Source: Alphaproteobacteria bacterium (GTDB taxonomy: Bacteria > Pseudomonadota > Alphaproteobacteria > Rs-D84 > JAERRO01). From it: 64,000 nucleotides of DNA. A program made the translations under genes and the position numbers. The stretch covers positions 2,488-66,487 of the forward strand of contig JAERRO010000006.1 of NCBI GenBank assembly GCA_016735395.1, written 5' to 3'. The notes under the pieces were generated by a model. That model searched no databases, was not told the origin of the DNA, and saw nothing but the letters and a program-made list of their open reading frames with translations. This document shows, one piece after another, positions 49,392 through 58,238 of this stretch; position 1 is the stretch's first letter; the number at the start of each line of letters is the position of its first letter.

Positions 49392-50585
49392 ATGAGTTTT
49401 CAGGGACTAGCAAGAAAGTATAGATCATTAACATTCAGCGATTTAATAGGGCAAGATTTATTAGTAAAAACTTTACAAAGTGCTTTAAAGACTAAAAGAT
49501 TAAGTCAAGCCTACCTATTTACAGGTGTCCACGGTACTGGAAAAACTTCTGTTGCTAGAATTTTATCAAAGGCTTTTAATTGCAAAGGAACTACAGAAGA
49601 TTTAAAATCGTCTCCTAGCGAACCGTGTATGGTGTGTAGTAATTGCAAATCGATAACAAAGGGATCTAATATAGATGTCATCGAGATAGATGCTGCCAGT
49701 CATACGGGAGTTGATATGATAAGAGATATAATACAATCTACCCAGTACAAACCTATATATTCTAGAAACAAGATCTATATAATAGATGAAGTCCATATGT
49801 TATCTAAAGGTGCATTTAATGCACTACTAAAAACGATAGAAGAGCCACCTCCGAATTTAGTCTTTATGTTTGCGACGACGGAAGTAAAATCTATACCTAC
49901 GACGATATTATCTAGATGTCAGAGGTACGATTTATCTATGGTCTCTGTCGAAGATCTAAAAAATCATTTAATAGATATCTCCAATCGCGAAGGTGTAAAA
50001 TTAGGCGAAGAAGAATCGTTATTTATAGCAAAATCATCGGGAGGATCTGTTAGAGATTCTATTTCTTTATTAGATCAGTCCATAGTCCAAATGGAAGGTG
50101 AAATTACGATAGACGGATTAAGAAGATTGTTTAAAGTGGTTGAAAGCGGTGTTGTCTTTAATTTATTGTCTAACATATTAGATCAAGATATTACATCGAT
50201 GATGACGATGACCGAAGAACTATATAAAAAAGGTGTAAACTTTAGAAAATTGATGTTCGACATACTAGAAGGACTATACTGGTTGAGCCGTAGCAAATTG
50301 ACAAATTCAGATTTATCTGGATCTCAGTATAGCGAAAGTGAGACGAAGAAGATAATTTTATTAAGCAAAAATTTGACTTTATTGGATCTAACAAGAATGT
50401 GGCAGTTTGGGGTATCTGGACTAGAAGATTTCAAAAGCGGGTTAAATAGCAAATTGATATTCGATATGTTGTCTATTCGTATGAGTTATGGTAGTGGGAA
50501 GTCAAAAAAACAATCTGTCGGGGTTGAAAAAGACGATATAAAAGAGTATATTAAAAGTAAGATACCAAATGTAAAGTTCAACTAA
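49392..50585 (+). CDS. dnaX: DNA polymerase III subunit gamma/tau, short form
   Basis: Walker A GVHGTGKTS, the Zn-module CMVCSNC, the DEAH-like IDEVHML motif and the SRC motif are present. It is only 397 aa and is followed directly by ybaB. Confidence 0.8.
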   Translation: MSFQGLARKYRSLTFSDLIGQDLLVKTLQSALKTKRLSQAYLFTGVHGTGKTSVARILSKAFNCKGTTEDLKSSPSEPCMVCSNCKSITKGSNIDVIEIDAASHTGVDMIRDIIQSTQYKPIYSRNKIYIIDEVHMLSKGAFNALLKTIEEPPPNLVFMFATTEVKSIPTTILSRCQRYDLSMVSVEDLKNHLIDISNREGVKLGEEESLFIAKSSGGSVRDSISLLDQSIVQMEGEITIDGLRRLFKVVESGVVFNLLSNILDQDITSMMTMTEELYKKGVNFRKLMFDILEGLYWLSRSKLTNSDLSGSQYSESETKKIILLSKNLTLLDLTRMWQFGVSGLEDFKSGLNSKLIFDMLSIRMSYGSGKSKKQSVGVEKDDIKEYIKSKIPNVKFN

Positions 50586-50596
50586 AAGGATTTATT

Positions 50597-50917
50597 ATGA
50601 ACGATAAAGAGAAGGCACTTGTGTCTCAAGATAAAGCAGAAACCCAGTTAGACGGTCTGAAGGATTTTCAGAGTACTTTAATGGACACTCAAAAAGAATT
50701 AGAAGAAACTATGATAAAAGGTATGTCTGAAGACGGATTAGTCATCATAGAAATGACAGGAAGTTATGACAGTCAAAAAGTTATCTTCTCTAGCGAAGCC
50801 TATAAAGAGATAAGCCAAGAAGATTTGAGTTCAAAAATTCTAGAAGCTTTGAAAGATGCAAAAACCAAGGCAGATTCTTTAATAGAAGGTATCTTTTCTA
50901 AACAAAAAGAATCTTAA
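50597..50917 (+). CDS. ybaB: Nucleoid-associated protein YbaB/EbfC
   Basis: 106 aa. It is the conserved dnaX-downstream gene and matches the YbaB pattern (…VIIEMTGSYD…). Confidence 0.7.
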   Translation: MNDKEKALVSQDKAETQLDGLKDFQSTLMDTQKELEETMIKGMSEDGLVIIEMTGSYDSQKVIFSSEAYKEISQEDLSSKILEALKDAKTKADSLIEGIFSKQKES

Positions 50918-50942
50918 AAAGATATAAATTTATAATAGTAAT

Positions 50943-50977
50943 ATCCCTAGCCTATATTATAGATTAGGGATTTTATT
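50943..50977 (+). terminator. Rho-independent terminator after ybaB
   Basis: A 7-bp stem atcccta/tagggat flanks a 15-nt loop and is followed by TTTTATT. Confidence 0.5.
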
Positions 50978-50991
50978 ATAAAAGGTATTAG

Positions 50992-52323
50992 ATGACGAGT
51001 GATATATTTTTTAAAAAAATGGAGACATTAAAATCTTCGTATCTACAAGAACTATACCGCAGAGGGTTTCTAAATCAGGTCTCAAATCTAGTAGAGATGG
51101 ACGATATTCTCTATAAAAAAGAGGCGGAGTATAAATCAGATAGAGACAATTACGAACCGACAGTTTTATATTGCGGTTTTGATCTTACGGCTGACAGTCT
51201 ACATATAGGTCATATGATACCTCTATTGATGTTAGAGATAGGAGTTAAATACGGTCATAGACCGATTATCTTGTTAGGCGGTGGCACTAGTAAAATAGGG
51301 GATCCTACAGGAAGAGATAAAGAGAGACCTTTAATCGACAAAAAAGAATTACAAGAGAATTATATCGGCATAAAAAAATCTATTGAGAAGATATTTCCAA
51401 CGGTAAAAACCGCAGATATTAGCAAAGACAAAATCGACAAGAAGTCTTTGACTCCTCTGTTAGCAAACAACGAAGATTGGTTATCTTCACTATTCTATAT
51501 AGACTTTTTGAGTACTATAGGAAGTGTAGTCTCTGTAAAAAGAATGTTAGGAATGGAGAGTGCCAAAAAGAGAATGTCTGGAGACGGGAGTTATAGTTTT
51601 CTAGAGTTCAACTATATGTTATTACAGGGTTACGACTTTTATTATCTATCCAAAACTATAGGATGCAGTATTCAGTGTAGCGGTCAGGATCAGTGGGGGA
51701 ATAGTGTCATAGGCATAGATATTATCAGCAAATTACTAAAGAAACCTAGTTTTGTTATGACGAGTCCGTTGTTAGAAACATCGAATGGAGTTAAAATGAG
51801 TAAATCGTCAGGTCTTTCTATATGGATGAACGACATCGAAGACGACGGTTGTAAGACTTCTAGTTCTTATGAGATATATCAGTTTTTTATAAATTGCGAA
51901 GACGAGGTTGTAGACGATTATATAAACCTTTTTATCGGGAAAGGTATTGACGGTGATAGAAATATAATAGAGAGGAAAACCTATCTAGCACTAGAATTAG
52001 TATCCTTATTAAGAGGAGAAAAAGAGTCCTGTAAAATGAAGGAATTTGCTAGAGATATATATAAAAACAAAATATTAGATCCTAAAGCAATAGAGATAAC
52101 TGTAGAATCTCCACAAAACTTGCATAGTATTTTGGTTAAAAACGACATTTTATCATCTCGAGGGGAAGTAAAAAGATTTATAAAAAACGGTGGCATAAAA
52201 CATTATAATATAATAGAGAACAATAAGTTGGGCGATGAAACCATCTTTACAAATGACGAAGAACTAGTCCAAAGTGGAATACAAATAAGTATAGGCAAAA
52301 AAACAAAGATAAAAATATTATGA
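50992..52323 (+). CDS. tyrS: Tyrosyl-tRNA synthetase
   Basis: HIGH motif [14 protein letters not shown] motif KMSKSSG and a C-terminal S4-like domain are present. Confidence 0.8.
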   Translation: MTSDIFFKKMETLKSSYLQELYRRGFLNQVSNLVEMDDILYKKEAEYKSDRDNYEPTVLYCGFDLTADSLHIGHMIPLLMLEIGVKYGHRPIILLGGGTSKIGDPTGRDKERPLIDKKELQENYIGIKKSIEKIFPTVKTADISKDKIDKKSLTPLLANNEDWLSSLFYIDFLSTIGSVVSVKRMLGMESAKKRMSGDGSYSFLEFNYMLLQGYDFYYLSKTIGCSIQCSGQDQWGNSVIGIDIISKLLKKPSFVMTSPLLETSNGVKMSKSSGLSIWMNDIEDDGCKTSSSYEIYQFFINCEDEVVDDYINLFIGKGIDGDRNIIERKTYLALELVSLLRGEKESCKMKEFARDIYKNKILDPKAIEITVESPQNLHSILVKNDILSSRGEVKRFIKNGGIKHYNIIENNKLGDETIFTNDEELVQSGIQISIGKKTKIKIL

Positions 52324-54122
52324 TTGATCAAAGCAAAATTAGAAATTTTTCGATAATAGCTCACATAGATCACGGTAAATCTACTTTATCGGACAGAATA
52401 ATTCAGCATTGCGGTGGATTGAGTGAAAGGGAGATGGAAGACAGAGTATTAGACAGTATGGATATAGAGAAAGAGAGAGGCATTACGATAAAGGCTCAAA
52501 CAGTTAGACTAAAGTATAAGGCTAAAGATGGAGAAACATATTTATTAAATCTTATAGACACACCGGGGCATGTAGATTTTTCGTATGAAGTTAGCAAATC
52601 GTTAGAAGCCTGTGAGGGTTCTATATTGTTAGTAGATGCATCACAGGGAGTTCAGGCTCAAACATTGGCAAACAGTTATTTGAGTATAGAAGCGGACAAC
52701 AAAATTATAGTCTCGTTAAACAAAATAGATCTACCTCAAAGCGATGTAGAGCGGGTAAAATTGGAGATAGAAGATGTAATAGGCATCTCTACCGAAGATG
52801 CTATAGAAGTATCTGGAAAAACAGGAATGGGGGTAGAAAAGTTATTAGAATCTGTGATTAAAGATTTACCACCACCCAAAGGAGATATAAGTTCTCCGTT
52901 AAAAGCTTTATTGGTAGATTCGTGGTATGATATCTTTAGAGGTGTAATAATTCTAGTCAGAGTCATAGACGGCAGTATAAAGAAAGGCGACGGTATTCTA
53001 TTTATGGAGACGAACAGAATTTACACTGCTGATTATGTCGGCTATTTCAGTCCGAAGATGGTTGATGGTGAAGAGTTAAAAACTGGAGAAATAGGTTATA
53101 TAATAACTGGTATGAAAACGGTCAGCGATTGTATGATAGGAGATACTATAACGGCTAGCAGAGGCGGAGTATCGATTCCATTAGCAGGCTTTAAACCGTC
53201 TATAGCAGTTGTATATTCTTCATTTTTTCCTGTAGACACGGATGACTATCAAACATTGAAAGGTGCGGTTGAGAAATTATCGTTAAACGATTCTAGTTTC
53301 AAGCATTCGGTAGAGACATCGACAGCTTTAGGGTTCGGAATAAGATGCGGGTTCTTGGGTCTATTACATATGAGCATTATTCTAGAGAGATTAACGAGAG
53401 AGTTTAATCTAGATCTAATAAATACTGTTCCTAGTGTTAACTATGAAATAGAGCGAACAAACGGAGAAATTGCAGAGATACAAAATCCGGCAGATCTACC
53501 TGATCCGAGTCATATCAAAAGCATAGCTGAACCGTGGGTAAGAATCACTGTGATGCTACCTCAACAGTATATAGGCAGTCTAATGGAACTATGTATAGGA
53601 AGACGAGGGATACATAAAGATATGAGATACACTGGAGAAAGAGCTATATTAGAATTTGAGATACCATTGAGCGAGATAATATTCGACTTTTACGACAAGC
53701 TAAAATCGTTATCACAGGGTTATGCTAGTCTAGATTATGAGATTATAGGTTATCGTAAAGACGATCTAATAAAAATAGGCATTCTAATCAACGGAGAAAT
53801 CGTAGAACCATTATCTTTTATGTCGCATAGAGGCATCTCAGAAAACAGAGGTCGTAAAATATGCGAAAGGTTAAAAGAGTTGATACCTAGACACCAGTTT
53901 CAAATAGCCATACAGGCGGCACATGGGGGCAAGATAATAGCTAGAAGTACTATAAGTGCTATGAGGAAAGATGTTACTGCAAAATGCTACGGCGGAGATA
54001 TAAGCAGAAAAAGAAAACTTTTAGAAAAACAGAAAAAAGGCAAGAAAAAGATGAAACAGTTCGGTAATGTATCGATACCTCAAAATGTCTTCATCAAGGC
54101 ATTACAAATTAGCGAAGACTAG
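52320..54122 (+). CDS. lepA: Elongation factor 4 (LepA)
   Basis: G-domain motifs [14 protein letters not shown] and NKID are present, and the unique LepA C-terminal domain is there. 600 aa. Confidence 0.9.
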   Translation: MIDQSKIRNFSIIAHIDHGKSTLSDRIIQHCGGLSEREMEDRVLDSMDIEKERGITIKAQTVRLKYKAKDGETYLLNLIDTPGHVDFSYEVSKSLEACEGSILLVDASQGVQAQTLANSYLSIEADNKIIVSLNKIDLPQSDVERVKLEIEDVIGISTEDAIEVSGKTGMGVEKLLESVIKDLPPPKGDISSPLKALLVDSWYDIFRGVIILVRVIDGSIKKGDGILFMETNRIYTADYVGYFSPKMVDGEELKTGEIGYIITGMKTVSDCMIGDTITASRGGVSIPLAGFKPSIAVVYSSFFPVDTDDYQTLKGAVEKLSLNDSSFKHSVETSTALGFGIRCGFLGLLHMSIILERLTREFNLDLINTVPSVNYEIERTNGEIAEIQNPADLPDPSHIKSIAEPWVRITVMLPQQYIGSLMELCIGRRGIHKDMRYTGERAILEFEIPLSEIIFDFYDKLKSLSQGYASLDYEIIGYRKDDLIKIGILINGEIVEPLSFMSHRGISENRGRKICERLKELIPRHQFQIAIQAAHGGKIIARSTISAMRKDVTAKCYGGDISRKRKLLEKQKKGKKKMKQFGNVSIPQNVFIKALQISED

Positions 54123-54220
54123 TAGACATATATAAAACAGAATAATTTTTCTAATATTATAGAAAAATCGACAAAAATATACTATACTAGTAAAATTACA
54201 AACTTAAAAAGGAGTATGTT

Positions 54221-54802
54221 ATGGTATTTATGCCAATAGTATCGACGGGGAATAACAGGGAAGATCTTTTATCACGGCTATTGAAAGACAGAATTATATT
54301 ATTATCTGGAAATTTCACTCAAGATCTATCTACAAGTATATGTGCTCAACTTTTATATTTAGATGCAGAAGATTGCAATAAAGACATTCATATATATATA
54401 AACTCACCAGGAGGAAATATTACAGATTGTCTAGCTATAATAGATACAATGAATTGTTTACAAAGTGATGTGTCTACGATAGCAGTAGGTCTGAGTGCTA
54501 GTGCTGGGGCGATGACCTTATTGAGTGGAGCGGAGGGCAAAAGATTTTCTCTACCACATAGCGAGATAATGTTTCACGAACCGTTAGGTGGACTAGAAGG
54601 AACAGCTAGCGATGTTAAAAGACGGTACGAAAGATTTATGAATATGCGAGTAGTTCTAAAGCAAATGTGTATAGACATATTAAAGAAACCGGCAGAGGAA
54701 ATAGAAAAGAGATTATTTGAGAGGGATAACTTCTTCAATGCAGAACAGGCATTAGATTTTGGTATAATAAATAAAATTATAACCAAAGCAGATAAATTAT
54801 AA
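54221..54802 (+). CDS. clpP: ATP-dependent Clp protease proteolytic subunit
   Basis: The catalytic triad context is intact: GLSASAGA, MFHEPLGG and ERDNF. An SD AAAGGAGT lies upstream. Confidence 0.9.
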   Translation: MVFMPIVSTGNNREDLLSRLLKDRIILLSGNFTQDLSTSICAQLLYLDAEDCNKDIHIYINSPGGNITDCLAIIDTMNCLQSDVSTIAVGLSASAGAMTLLSGAEGKRFSLPHSEIMFHEPLGGLEGTASDVKRRYERFMNMRVVLKQMCIDILKKPAEEIEKRLFERDNFFNAEQALDFGIINKIITKADKL

Positions 54803-54830
54803 AAAAATAGATTTGAGATAGGAGTTAAAT

Positions 54831-56078
54831 ATGAGCGAAAATCCGACAGTTAAAAACAGTTGTTCATTTTGTATGAAAGAAGATTATCAGGTAGATAAAC
54901 TAATTAAAGGGCCATCAGACGATATATATATCTGTAATGAGTGTATAAAGCTATGTAACAGTGTCTTAGGCGGGACTAAAAGTGATAGTTCTACTGGATC
55001 TAGTATAGAGAAGGCTCCTATAGGTAAACCTAAAGTTAATATGAAGCCTATGGACATCTACAAACATCTAAACGACTTTATCATAGGTCAAGATGAGGCT
55101 AAAAAAACTTTATCGGTATCTGTGTATAACCATTATAAGAAGATAAACAACGAAATAGATGGCGACATTACATTAGACAAATCGAATATTTTATTAGTCG
55201 GGCCTACGGGAACGGGTAAAACTTTACTAGCAAAAACTCTAGCAAAAATATTGGATGTCCCGTTTACTATAGCAGATGCTACGACACTAACGGAGTCTGG
55301 TTATGTGGGGGCGGATGCAGAGAGTATTTTAAGCAGTCTATACCAAAGTGCTAATCAGGATATGGACTTGGCAGAAAAAGGCATAATTTATATAGACGAG
55401 ATAGACAAAATATCGAGAAAGAGCGAAAACCCTAGTTTAACTAGAGATGTATCTGGCGAAGGGGTTCAACAGGCACTACTAAAATTACTAGAAGGAACTA
55501 AAGTAAATATTACTCCACAAGGTGGCAGGCGACATCCGCAACAAGACGGCATCGAGTTTAACACAGAAAGAGTACTATTTATATGCGGTGGAAGTTTTGA
55601 AGGGATGACGAAAAAAAACGAAATAGGATTTAATTCTAAAAAGGTAGAAAAAGACAGTGAAATAAAGAAGATAGTACCTGAAGACCTTCGCAAATTCGGA
55701 CTAATACCAGAATTGATCGGAAGATTACCTGTGATAGTTCAGCTAAATCTATTGGACGAAAGCGATCTAATTAGAGTATTAACAGAGCCTAAAAATTCAT
55801 TATATAATCAGTATAAAACTTTATTCGAGCTAGACAATATGTCTTTGAAGCTAGAGCCAGATACATTGCCTGCTATAGCTAGAGAAACTTTAAAAAGGAA
55901 AACTGGAGCTAGAGGATTGAGATCAATAATGGAAGACATCTTGACGGAGGTAATGTTTGAAGCACCTAGCCGTTCGGACATTTTGGGGGTTACGATACCT
56001 GCAGAGGCAGTATCTGACAAAAGCAAAGTTAGATGGATAAAAAAAGTTATGAAAGAAAAAAAGACAATAAACGAATAA
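54831..56078 (+). CDS. clpX: ATP-dependent Clp protease ATP-binding subunit ClpX
   Basis: The N-terminal Zn-binding domain CSFC...CNEC, Walker A GPTGTGKT, Walker B YIDEID, and the sensor/arginine-finger regions are present. Confidence 0.9.
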   Translation: MSENPTVKNSCSFCMKEDYQVDKLIKGPSDDIYICNECIKLCNSVLGGTKSDSSTGSSIEKAPIGKPKVNMKPMDIYKHLNDFIIGQDEAKKTLSVSVYNHYKKINNEIDGDITLDKSNILLVGPTGTGKTLLAKTLAKILDVPFTIADATTLTESGYVGADAESILSSLYQSANQDMDLAEKGIIYIDEIDKISRKSENPSLTRDVSGEGVQQALLKLLEGTKVNITPQGGRRHPQQDGIEFNTERVLFICGGSFEGMTKKNEIGFNSKKVEKDSEIKKIVPEDLRKFGLIPELIGRLPVIVQLNLLDESDLIRVLTEPKNSLYNQYKTLFELDNMSLKLEPDTLPAIARETLKRKTGARGLRSIMEDILTEVMFEAPSRSDILGVTIPAEAVSDKSKVRWIKKVMKEKKTINE

Positions 56079-56157
56079 CCAAATCAAAAAGCTTGACATA
56101 TTAAAAAAAGCGGGTACAAATTTAAACAGAGTTATTAAATTAAAAAAAAGGTTTTTT

Positions 56158-56679
56158 ATGTTAAATTTATCAAAATTCAAATTACTTTTGGTTTGTATTT
56201 TGCCGTTGGTATATGGGACTAAATCTCATTCTACTGATATCCCTAGCAATCCGATAGAATGGTCATGTGTTATTCCTGAAGACAAGGACACACCTTGTCA
56301 TAAAGTATTAGAAGGCACATATAACACTTATAATGATATGATTTATTATGAGATAAATATAAAAACTATAAGAGATGACAAACTTTATAGAGAGGTTGTT
56401 AAAAACTTTTTTGTTCGTCAAGGTTGGAATTCTGAAAGTTTTAAATGTATGGGCGGAACTATTGTAAAGAATGGAGAAGGCAAAGAGATATCTAACGATG
56501 TATTGTCTATATCTCACGATAACGGCAAAGCTTGTAAACAGTTAGAGATAAAAATGTTTACCAAGATGGACAGAGCTATTGACGGTGCGAAGAATGCAAG
56601 GAACAGAGACAGAAATGTTAAACAACCGTTCTATTTTATTCCCAAGCTAGAATCGTCTGAGAAGTATATGGAAAGATAA
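56158..56679 (+). CDS. Hypothetical secreted Cys-containing protein
   Basis: 173 aa with a signal peptide (LLLVCILPLVYG) and 6 Cys. A promoter-like TTGACA-N16-TACAAA lies upstream, and a strong terminator follows. Confidence 0.5.
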   Translation: MLNLSKFKLLLVCILPLVYGTKSHSTDIPSNPIEWSCVIPEDKDTPCHKVLEGTYNTYNDMIYYEINIKTIRDDKLYREVVKNFFVRQGWNSESFKCMGGTIVKNGEGKEISNDVLSISHDNGKACKQLEIKMFTKMDRAIDGAKNARNRDRNVKQPFYFIPKLESSEKYMER

Positions 56680-56708
56680 TATAGAAGAAGTCTATTATAT
56701 TAGAATAT

Positions 56709-56739
56709 AAAAAGACCTTGCGGAGCGAGGTCTTTTTAT
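56709..56739 (+). terminator. Rho-independent terminator, possibly bidirectional
   Basis: A 9-bp stem aaaagacct/aggtctttt flanks a 9-nt loop tgcggagcg and is followed by a T-tract. Confidence 0.65.
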
Positions 56740-56758
56740 TATGTAGGGGTACAAAAAA

Positions 56759-57781
56759 ATGGAAGGAATAATAGTAATAGATAAACCTGTAGGCATCTCT
56801 AGTCAGAAAGTAGGCGGTTGTATTAAGAGAGTATATAGAGAAGTTTTAGGTCAAAAAATTGCTGTTGGTCATATAGGAACATTAGATCCTTTTGCGAGCG
56901 GTTGTTTAGTGTTAGCGATAGGCGGTGCTAGTAAATTTATTCCTTTTATAGATGACGATAATAAAGTATATGATTGTGTTATAAAATTAGGCAGAACTAC
57001 TTCTACTTTAGATCCTACGGTAAAATCGGTAAAAGTCGGCAAGTCTTCTAGATTTCACATTAAAAGCGACCTTCTCTACCCTTCTCTCAAAATAGGAGAG
57101 CTATTACAGATACCCCCAAATTTTTCAGCTATTCATATCGACGGAGACAGAGCATATAAAAGAGCAAGGAGAGGCGAAGAATTTTCTATATCCCCTAGAA
57201 AAGTAGAATTGAGGGAAGTAAAAATATTATCTAGATTAAGATTTTATATAAATAGAGTCAGTTTGCGGATAAAAACTAGCAAAGGGTTCTATGTTAGATC
57301 ATTAGCCAGAGATTTTGCGAACGATTTAGGGACGGTCGGTTATCTTAAAAGTCTACGAAGATTAGAGAGCGGTAGATTTAACTTGAACCAGTCGAATAAG
57401 AAGCTAGATAAAATTATTGACTTTACAAAAAAACAGACTAAACTACGGAAACCCGAAAAGATTTTACAAGAGATTGTAAGATCTATTATCCCTATAGAAA
57501 ATATACTGGTCGACATACCGGTTATAGACATTGAGGCTAATAAAATAGGTTTATTACTGCAGGGCAAGAGATTGTTATGCGATAATGTTGAGATAAAGTT
57601 AAAAGAATTAACTCCACATAGTATCGATCGTAGTAGTATACCTGACTTAAAAAGGGACGGTAGTATATATCGAGTTCAAGTTGAATGTGGTATATTATTA
57701 TTAAACAAAACGGACAGCTATATACAGTTAATCCGTTATATAGAAATAAAAAAGGAAAAATTGTGTCGCAAAAAGAAATAG
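56759..57781 (+). CDS. truB: tRNA pseudouridine(55) synthase TruB
   Basis: GIIVIDKPVGISS...HIGTLDPFASGCLVLAIG contains the catalytic Asp motif (GTLDP). The C-terminus is a PUA-like domain. Confidence 0.85.
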   Translation: MEGIIVIDKPVGISSQKVGGCIKRVYREVLGQKIAVGHIGTLDPFASGCLVLAIGGASKFIPFIDDDNKVYDCVIKLGRTTSTLDPTVKSVKVGKSSRFHIKSDLLYPSLKIGELLQIPPNFSAIHIDGDRAYKRARRGEEFSISPRKVELREVKILSRLRFYINRVSLRIKTSKGFYVRSLARDFANDLGTVGYLKSLRRLESGRFNLNQSNKKLDKIIDFTKKQTKLRKPEKILQEIVRSIIPIENILVDIPVIDIEANKIGLLLQGKRLLCDNVEIKLKELTPHSIDRSSIPDLKRDGSIYRVQVECGILLLNKTDSYIQLIRYIEIKKEKLCRKKK

Positions 57782-57831
57782 ATAAAAACCTAGCACCGAA
57801 ATCTAGAAAACGGGTAGGAGATATAGATGTT

Positions 57832-58095
57832 ATGACTATGTCAAGAGTAGACATAGTAAAACAGTTTGGAATTAATTCTAATGATAACGGCGGTTCTAGT
57901 GAGTCTCAAATAGCTATTTTGACTAAAGAAATCAAAGAATTTAAGAAACATAGCGACCAGCACCCTAAAGATAATTCTTCAAATAGAGGATTATTGAGGA
58001 AAGTTGCATTGCGAAAAAAATTACTTACTTATCTAAAGAGGACGAATCTGGACTCTTATATGAGTATATTACAAAAATTAGGACTTCGTCAGTAA
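57832..58095 (+). CDS. rpsO: 30S ribosomal protein S15. The ORF-track ORF from 57685 is an upstream read-through overlapping truB.
   Basis: MTMSRVDIVKQFGINSNDNGGSSESQIAILTKEI...RGLLRKVALRKKLLTYLKR matches S15. Confidence 0.85.
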   Translation: MTMSRVDIVKQFGINSNDNGGSSESQIAILTKEIKEFKKHSDQHPKDNSSNRGLLRKVALRKKLLTYLKRTNLDSYMSILQKLGLRQ

Positions 58096-58238
58096 ATAGT
58101 CGTGTTCGAAAAGGACAGGTGTAAAATCTTGTTTATAGAGTGTTTTAAAAAATAATCAGAAACACAAAAAAACGGGGGCAAAAGTTCTCACAATCAAAGC
58201 TACAGAAAAACGAGTAGCAACAAAAAAAGGAAACCATT

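Noticed and set aside
58096-58238. rpsO-pnp intergenic leader searched for the RNase III autoregulatory hairpin or a terminator
   Set aside because: Only a short gtgttt/aaacac pairing is visible. No convincing long stem can be seen by eye.
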